Below are positions 55,069 through 64,000 of a stretch of DNA of 64,000 bases, in pieces. The translations under genes and the position numbers were made by a program. Positions within the stretch are counted from its first letter, which is position 1, and every line of letters begins with the position of its first letter. A model generated the notes under the pieces. It was not told where the DNA came from, did not search any database, and was given only the letters and a program-made list of their open reading frames with translations. The stretch is taken from assembly GCA_012295275.1 (NCBI GenBank), contig CM022675.1:12648001-12712000 (forward strand), written 5' to 3'. The stretch comes from Chrysomallon squamiferum. Its lineage: Eukaryota; Animalia; Mollusca.

Positions 55069-55899
55069 TATGGATCATAATCTTCAGTAAAGTCTGATAA
55101 TTATTATTTCACGTCAACATCACTCAAGTTTTTTTATATAACAAATATGTTAGTAACTACATCAAACAACAGATACATGTTAAGCCAGGCTAGAGTCACC
55201 CACTGCATCAACTGGGAAGATTCATAACAGAGGTCGTTATACGTACGTTTCTCCCGTAACAAATCACCCAATCATATCATGAATTATTAGGAATCAATAT
55301 CAGTTTTACTGCAAACTGTATAATAATAATACTGAAACAAAATTAGTAAAACGATTTCTACAAATAAACAGACTTTGTATGTTTTTCTTCTGCAATGGTT
55401 ATACCGATCATGGTCTGTAATTGATGACAGAAAATAAGTAAAGGATACTGTAACAATGTCTATAAAATGACATTTCTTATCTTAAAATACGTTTTCACCA
55501 ATTCTAACGTTAAAAGCTACAAGTTAAATGAAATAAAATCAGTAATGATGCTGCAGAAAATACTTTGCCAGATGTATTATCATTATATTATTTTTGTTGT
55601 TGTTGTCAGCGTTCTTGCTGTTTTTTATTTATTAATTATTATTACTATTGTTGTTGTTGTTGTTGTTGTTATTATTATTTTATAGTTCCGAAATGCCCAG
55701 AGTTGATAGTCGGACCTCTAATGTCAGTTGCTAACTCGACTGTTCCGGTCTTTCTTAACGAGACTGCAAAGGTCTTCTGTGACGTAGGCTACATTTTTAA
55801 AGACACGGGGTCAAGGTTACAGGAAATCATGTGCCAGTTTAATAAGACAACGGGAATTGCCGAATATAAAGAAGCTGTTGGTGACTGTATAGGTGATAC

Positions 55900-55942
<43 letters not shown>

Positions 55943-56591
55943 TGTGTGTATGTATGTATGTATGTATGTATGAATGTGTGTGTGTGTATATATATATATA
56001 TAAGACAACCAACACTAAATGTTAATAAAATAAAATAATGACTAGAAAAGGAAACTGCAAAAGTTTAATTGTCGAGAAACAAAGGTTTTAATATAACTTA
56101 GAAAATAACTAACTAACTAACTAAAATAAATAATTATTCTTAAATATTGTTAGTTTTACGCTGATATATAACAATAATAATAAAAATAGTAAAACTACTA
56201 AAAAAATAATAATAATGATGACTATGATGATGACGATGTTTATGACATTAATGTTTTGTAATAAGCTAATGAACTTTTTTTTGTTTGGCTACAGCGGTCA
56301 CATGTTCGACATTGCCAACGTTTTTTAACATGATCTCTTATTACAACACCACCAACTACAACAGCAGTCTCGTTCTGAAATGCACTTCCGGATACTACAG
56401 AGATGGATCATCGTTGATCAAATTCAGATGCAACGAAAGTGGAAGTTGGCAACCGGAAACTGAAAGTGATGCAAATTCCTACACATGCTCAAGTATATTT
56501 ATTTTATTGTTATTGTTGATGCTGTTGTTGTTGTTGTTGTGGTAGTTGTTTTTGCTGTTGGCAGTGGTGGTGTAGATGGTGTTTCTTACTG

Positions 56592-56642
<51 letters not shown>

Positions 56643-58066
56643 GTTGTATTATTAGTAGTAGTATTAGCAGTAGTAGCAGTAGTAGGTATAGTAGTAGTAG
56701 TAGCATCAGTTCTAGCAGCGATTGTTATATTTGAAGCAGCGGAAGTAGTGGTGGTGGTAGAAGTATCATCATCATCATCATCATCATCATCATCGTCATC
56801 ATCATCATCATTATTATTATTATTCCAGTTAGATACGACTACGCGGGGTGTTTTCAGAACGGGTCCCTGGCGGAAGTGAAAACCTCGGTCACCAGTTCTT
56901 ACACGTGCTACGCCTTCTGTCGAGATAACCAGGCGGCGTACTACGGATTAAGCAATGGCGAATGTTACTGCGGAAACATGCGAAACACTTCGGGGAAAAT
57001 TCCGGACAATACCGAATGTTCACTCTCCTGTCCGTACAGTGAAGTCTCAATGTGTGGTGGAAGCAATGGTCAGCTTACAGTATTCGAAGTTTTAGGTAAT
57101 CTGTTATTATTATTATTATTATTATGATATGTATTATTACTTTGTACATAAAATAGTATTGGTGTCTATAAAATACATACAAATATACATACACTAAAAC
57201 AAACATATATATATATATATATATACATACACATACAAAATACACACACATACATACATTTATACACACAAATCCCAACATTCAACGATTATTTATTTAT
57301 TTATTTGTTTGTTTGTTTGCTTGTTTGTTTGTTTATTTGTTTGTTTGTTTGTTTATTTGTTTGTTTGTTTGTTTATTTGTTTGTTTGTTTATGTCTTACA
57401 GCTGGCTGTTACAAGTTTACAATGAGCGAGTTAGAGACAGATACGTGGACGTTTGAAACTTCTGGGAACTCAAAGTTGACTTGTCTGGAGATCTGTCGGG
57501 CACGTGACTCGTTCAAGTACGCCATTCTGTTTCTTGGTGGCCAGTGCGTCTGCGCAAATCGCACGAACTTGACCACGTCAACACCTAACATAGGCTGTTC
57601 ACTTTCGGATGGTAGTGACGGCTTCGCTGACGAAGTTAACGTTTCGGATGGTAATGAATTTTGACGGCAATTTCTTTAGATAAATGTTGATGGGTACAGC
57701 TGACGAAGTTAACGTCACTTTAGATAAATGTTGATGGGGTTTACACTTTTAGATAAATGATGACAATTTACACTTTAGGTAAATGTTGAAGGGTACAGTT
57801 TACACTTTAGATAGATGGAGATAACTGTGTTCTCCATTCTGACACCACTTACTAAGAAATGTTAATCAGCAAAGTGTTGACGTGTACAATTTATAGTTTA
57901 GGGACGAACTTGTTTACTTTTTTAAATTATTATTTCAGGGTCATATCCGCTTGCTGCTAAGGGGAACTGTGACAGTTTGTATAAGAAAGGAATCAGATAC
58001 CATGGTTTGTACTACATATCTGACGAAGTCAAACAACAGTGTAATTTTTACGGTAAGATAGTAAAC

Positions 58067-58124
<58 letters not shown>

Positions 58125-58826
58125 TCATCTATCATTATTATTATTATTATTATGATTATTATTATTATCATTATTATCATCATCATTATTATCAATTATC
58201 CTATCTTACATCGTCATCATATTATCAATATCCATCATCGTATCATCTACCATCATCTATCATCTATCATCATCATCATGATTATTATTATTATTATCAA
58301 TTATCCTATCTTACATCATCATCAACTATCATCTATCATCACAATCATCATCAGACGGAACTGTGTGTGAACAGAACTGGTTAGGATATGCAGGGAACTG
58401 TTATTACTTTGACGCCGTCAGCGACTACGCAGGCGCGTACAACCGCTGCCGCGACCTTGACGCGCACATGGTCAGCATTCTGAGTGAACGTGAAAACGAT
58501 TTCCTCATCGAAGCCATCAACACTTCACAGAGTAAGATTTACGTTTCTAGCAGTGTTTTCTTGTCTGTGTGGGTTTTATTTTATTTTATTTTATTTATTT
58601 ATTTATTTATTTATTTTGTTGTTGCTGTTATTGGTTTTATTTTTTTATATTTTTTTAAAATATTTAAAAAACAAAACAAATAATTTATTTAATTTTGTTG
58701 TTTTGATAAATATTTTTCAAAAAAAAACAAAAAACAAAAAGAAAAAAAAAAGAAAAAGAAAAAAGAAGACACACGCAGCCACACAAACTAACACATGCAT
58801 TCACACCCACACACCCCCACACACAA

Positions 58827-58866
<40 letters not shown>

Positions 58867-60096
58867 ACACATAATGAAAACTAAAACCGTTGAACACTGA
58901 CAATCTAAATAAACAAACCACTTTACGTGTGAAATCATTCAGCTTTTACAAAAGAAACTCTCGAATTCTACGTCGGCCTCTACGATCACTGGCAACACGG
59001 CAGCTTTCAGTGGAACGACGGCGCTGTCTTCGGCTACAGCAAGTTCGCTCTGCGGGAACCAAACGGCGACGGCCCGTGCGGCTCCATGGTCGTCTTTCAG
59101 AAGACGAACTCGTGGTGGGCAGACACGCCGTGTGACGTCAACAAACACGTCATCTGCAAAAGAAACCCAGGTGAATAAAGTCTCTGTTAAGGCATCAGGA
59201 ACGAATCCAAGTAGCGGCTCCTTCTCTAAAAAAAACAACAAAAAAAACAACAACAAAAACAACAACTTTCTAACCTTGTAGCATACTAACACTAAAATTA
59301 TCCTGGATGAATGTTATTTTTTTTCGAAAAGATAGATCCTTAGATTCTTAAAATAGAGGTGTTTGAACTTTAGAGCTTGGAAGAACATTTTGAATCGCGT
59401 TGTTTAAGGTGTTGTGCGTTCATTTCTTTTGGAATTTGTTAAATGTTTGTAAGTGGGTGTTTGTATTTGCTAGGATGTGAGTATTAGACTAGTGATATAT
59501 CTTTCCCCAGAAATCTCAGCAAAATATTTTATAAATTATTACAGAAATGTACGTCTGCCAACTTCTGACGTGTTACGTAATATTCAATTCCAGATACTTA
59601 CTACGGATGTATAAAGACCTTGACCTCTGACATTGATCCTTATCTAGAGATGAGTAGTGACGTCATGTCGTTTACCGTATGCTACCAGAAATGCCTGGCT
59701 TTGTCTCGTAACTATTCCGCTGTGATGGAAACAGACTGTTTCTGTTTCGACGAGTTACCTGCCCATACCAATCAGTCATGGTCATCATGTGACTCGCCCT
59801 GTCCAGGTCATTTGTATCAGCCGTGTGGAGGCAAGACCAATGGCAGCACCACGAAACTGATTTTCGTCACTGGAGGAAAAGGTAAATTTATAATAATTAA
59901 TCCGTGCCAAAATAACAAACTGACCTGGCTTGTATTCTCATCACAAACAGTTGTCTTACAAATACAATAATTCAAACAACCAATCATAAAAAAAAAACCT
60001 CACACACACTCATGTATATGTTTATGGCTGTTCGTGCATGTATGTATATGTGTGTGTCTGTGTGTGTGTGTGTGTCTGTGTGTGTGTGTGCGTATA

Positions 60097-60136
<40 letters not shown>

Positions 60137-61981
60137 CATACATATGTATGTATGTATGTGTGTGTCTGCATGTATGCCTGTATGTATATATGTGCGTATG
60201 TAAGCATGTACGTATGTATATTTTATGAATGTATGTATATATTTATCTATTTATTTCTACACGGCTTTCAGATTATTGTCGGTTAGGGAGAATTAGGTGA
60301 AAGTAGCAGGGAGCTTGATTTATCAATATAACATTAAAATCATTGTTTTTTTATTTCACACAAGTGTATATTAATATAAACATTCAGTCAAAACTGATAA
60401 ATCTTCTGTTTGTGAGGGTTGATGAAGTGTGTTTTTAAAACATGTCAGAAAGAGATAGTTATTTACGTCACACTTCATAGATGTCGCCCAAATTCTGCAT
60501 AAATATAAAACAGAAAACTGTTTCATCCTCTTACTTAAAGCTCACTCAGCTTTACATCTGTTAACAGTCTTATATTTTTAATGTATCCAAATATCCTTAC
60601 ATACAGCTATTTTATAAATGATATACCAGATATCTTCAATCTTCCCAGTCAAAGATACAACGTATAAAAGAAAGGATGTAACGATTTTCATCCGTTCTAT
60701 TTCTCGTCCGAAATGAACAGACAACATTGCAACCGATGATGCTGTGTTCCATGACCATTTCGTTCGAAGAAAATGTATACCTATTGTCGAGTCCTTCATA
60801 GTGTATGTGTCTGTGTCTGTGTGTGTGTGTGTGTGTTTATGTTGTGTTGTGTTGTTGACACTGTGCAGTACTGATGGATCAGTGTGTAAAACTGAGGGGT
60901 CTGTGTTGACAGGTACAGTGGGAATGCTTGCTCAGAGTTGTACAGAGTTGGAGCTGACGGGGATCACTAACGACACGTTTGTAATTGCCGCTGGAGACCA
61001 ACTGGAGAACGTGCAGTGTACACCAGAAGGTACGAAATATTCTTCTCTAGTCAAAAAACAAAACAAAAAACAAATCAATCATTCACTCACCCGCACAGTT
61101 ACTCTTTGTACTGTTATCCATCTGATAATTAATCATTTAATCATCCTCCCAATTATTCACTGATGCTTTTAATTACAATGAATCTTTTATTCAGCCCTTC
61201 ACACTGACTCACAATAACTCACAATTACTCACTTATCTTGTTATTGACAATGAATCTTTCATTCACCCGTTCACATTCACTCACTAAATAAATAAAAATA
61301 ATTATTTTAGCTATGCATGTATCTATAAATAGCTATCAGTTAGTTGACTACAGTTTCAGTAACTGACTCGTATGACGGTCATTTAACATATACTAATAAC
61401 CGTCTTTTTCCAGGGGGGGTGATCTGTCCTCAGTCTTGGATCAGTATTAAAGGAAAATGTTACAAGTTCACAGTACCCAGAAGGGACGTTCCTTCCTTGG
61501 GCTGCAGCCAATATGGCGGCTATCTGGCAACCCTGGAAAACAGTGACGACATTGATATGTTACGTGACGTCATTAACAACGTCACCTATCTGCGGGCACC
61601 TGTTGCTTGGCTGGTGGGTTTGGTCGACATGAATCTGCGCGGAACGTACCGATGGGCTAACGGACAGTTTGTGAATATGTCTTCCGTTTCTGTTGAAGAC
61701 GACGGGGAGTTGGCGTGTTTTGGATTTGTTCAAAATTCTTCATCAACTCTTCTACAGCAAATGGAATGTGATTCGAACAGTTACATATGCGAAATGAACA
61801 GAGGTATTTATTTTAATATATATATATATATATAAAAGAATTGACAGATAGCACCATTTAGCAGTTTCTCTTATGCTAAAGTTATCTTAATGATGGCTTC
61901 AGATGTCTGAAGAGATTAGTCTCTCACAACAACAGGAACCTACCTACCTTCTTAAATAAATAAATAAATAATTATGGAAGA

Positions 61982-62038
<57 letters not shown>

Positions 62039-63109
62039 GTTGAAGAAGATAATGATGATGGTGAAAATGATACATCAGTATTTATTACGTGTAAGTATGT
62101 GTGGTATAATGTGTTTGTTTATGTGTTTGTTTGCTTATATGTGTGTTGTGTACTGCATATGTCGGTGCATCATATCTGTACAATTCAAACTGATAGCTCA
62201 TCGGATATAAAACTGTCTTACATATTTTTACGTCTGGTATGATTAACCGCTATATTTCTTTTATATTTCAATTGTTAGTATCTGCATCATTCTTAAAGCT
62301 AAATTATAAATTATAGCCAATTTTACAGATTGCTGTTTTCTGTTCACAACAATGTCAACTCTAAATTGTTTTTACGTAGAATACCTCGGCTGCTACACAG
62401 TTCCGACGACAACGCCAGTACTTGACAATTACCACGACAACAACATACTACAATGTGTTGAGATATGTCGAGGGTTCGGTACGACATACGCAATGGTGCA
62501 GGAAAAGTATTGTTGGTGTGAAAATGATCTGAACAATCGCACCGATCCCTCGGGCTGCTCGAATTTCTGTTTCAAAAATCTCATTCAGTCTTGCCCTAAG
62601 AGCGATACCGGAAACGTCGCGGTCTATTCTGTTGGTAAATTCCTCTAAAAGATTCGTCGCTCTGGTATCGTGCTTTATAATAATAATAATAATAAGAAGA
62701 TTTTATTTATGTATTTATGCTTGCTATATATTATATATCAGGTTATTCATAATTTAAAAATAATATGGATTATTTGCGATAACTACCTATTTTTACATTT
62801 TTATAATCTTGTTTAAAAGAAAGATAAAATACGAGTTTATTATACAGTGTTGATTTACTGCTTCATTTTAAACTTCTTCCTCTTCTAGATGCTTACAGAA
62901 CTTTCGCATTGTCCTGCGAAGATCTATTTAACCAAGGAATCATGGTTCCCGGAAATTACGTCATCAAATCAAACGTGACATGGTGTTCGTTCATAGGTAT
63001 TTGCATACATTAATGATACAGTAAATGTAACATTAATAATATTTCATTATATTATTATTTTTAAATTTGCACTTAATTTCTATTAGTCGAAAGGTTAGGA
63101 AAAAGAAAG

Positions 63110-63160
<51 letters not shown>

Positions 63161-63528
63161 CAAACAATAACTACTAGCATGCTATTGATTAAATGGGCCT
63201 ATTCACAATCAAAATATTATCATACGTAATAAAAGTTAAAAAAAAAAAAAATAATAATAATAGCATTAGCAACACATATAAAAGTAATAATAATAATAAT
63301 AATAATAAGTAAATGAATTAAAAATTATTCATTTTTCAGATAACAGTACAGTATGTGATTCAGCGGTAGACGGGAGCTCGATTGGATTGGGCGAAAAGGG
63401 ATTTTGTTTCACATTTGACTTCAGAAAAGCCAGTCATTCACAAGCAATACAGAAATGTTCTCAGAAATCAGCTTTAGTTTCCATTAGGAACCGAGAACAT
63501 CTGAACATTTTGAAACGCATAATTTGGA
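47307..63528 (+). CDS. 5' part of a large multidomain lectin: signal-CTLD-Sushi-Sushi-WSC-WSC-X-CTLD-WSC-X-CTLD-WSC-X-CTLD... (continues beyond the window)
   Basis: Exons: 47307-47364 (signal [18 protein letters not shown]); 51269-51434 + 52426-52619 (CTLD1, YWIG); 55686-55892 and 56295-56492 (Sushi/CCP); 56829-57095 and 57402-57650 (WSC); 57939-58052 (X); 58355-58531 + 58943-59170 (CTLD2, EPN/WAD); 59594-59881 (WSC); 60913-61029 (X); 61414-61803 (CTLD3, WLVGL); 62380-62634 (WSC); 62889-62996 (X); 63340-63528 (CTLD4 N-half). All GT-AG, phases compatible. Confidence 0.88.
48040..49180. repeat. ~25-27-bp A-rich minisatellite, ~40 copies, with higher-order periodicity
   Basis: Unit aacagtaatatcaacaactataataaa; the gtgaaatc variant recurs roughly every fourth unit. 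Confidence 0.93.
49282..50769. mobile_element. Foldback/MITE-like element with ~450-bp inverted arms and a ~590-bp spacer
   Basis: 49282-49735 is the near-perfect reverse complement of 50322-50769 (e.g. gtcagccaatcaaaaacgtggtcactgcttgagtggacaaatgg vs ccatttgtccactcaagcagtgaccacgttattgattggctgac). No transposase ORF. Confidence 0.85.
51495..52287. repeat. (TATG)n/(TG)n compound microsatellite
   Basis: Direct reading; splits CTLD1 into two exons. Confidence 0.97.
53470..53757. repeat. (ACACCA)n/(CA)n compound microsatellite
   Basis: Direct reading. Confidence 0.95.
53968..54068. repeat. 25-bp tandem repeat x4
   Basis: ctgtcactcaatagctaactgtttt. Confidence 0.92.
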
Positions 63529-63928
63529 GTATGAAACACAATCAAATTTTTATTAAAATGTCCATACTATTAATATCACAGATTTGTATTTCATATGTAT
63601 AATGTATTAAAATGTATATCTGTACATGTGTGAGTATGTTTGTATGTACATGTTTGTATGTATGTTTGTGTGAGTGTGTATATGCATGTATATATGTATT
63701 TGTATATTTGTTTCTGATTTTGCATATATGTTTGTATTTGTATGTATATGTTTTGTTTTTTTTTTTGTATGTATTATGTATGCTTTTCTGCATATTTGTA
63801 TGTGTAAGTGTACATACTTGCATATGTGCATCTATTTCTATATTGTATATATCTGCATATATGTATTTATCTAAGTATATATTTATATGTACTTCTTTAT
63901 GTATATCTGTGTGTGTGTATGTGTGTGT

Positions 63929-63992
<64 letters not shown>

Positions 63993-64000
63993 TGTCATCT

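Overview
AT-rich, microsatellite-dense eukaryotic (animal) genomic DNA with spliceosomal introns; the gene content suggests a lophotrochozoan, probably a mollusc (inference). I hand-built five gene models. (1) The 3' exons of an unidentified + strand gene (~534-6993). (2) A ~23-exon receptor-type guanylyl cyclase on the - strand (8919-23654). Its catalytic domain lacks the Asn/Arg and apparently the KGKG residues, and it has several stops/indels. (3) An NLR-like - strand gene (28367-36448): an N-terminal DSGxxS degron-like motif and a RHIM-like motif on small exons, then a STAND (nSTAND3-type) P-loop NTPase and ~35 ankyrin repeats with hypervariable Tyr/Cys-rich inserts. (4) A secreted Trunk/PTTH/noggin-family cystine-knot gene (+, 43644-45865). 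(5) The 5' part of a large secreted or surface CTLD/Sushi/WSC mosaic lectin (+, from 47307, running off the window). Also present: a LINE RT relic, a Tc1 relic, a 1.5-kb foldback element and many minisatellites. The best candidate for a new system is the RHIM-STAND-ANK receptor. Most short ORFs in the supplied track are microsatellite artefacts. Single-base indels in three genes suggest imperfect consensus quality, so all pseudogene-type calls are provisional.
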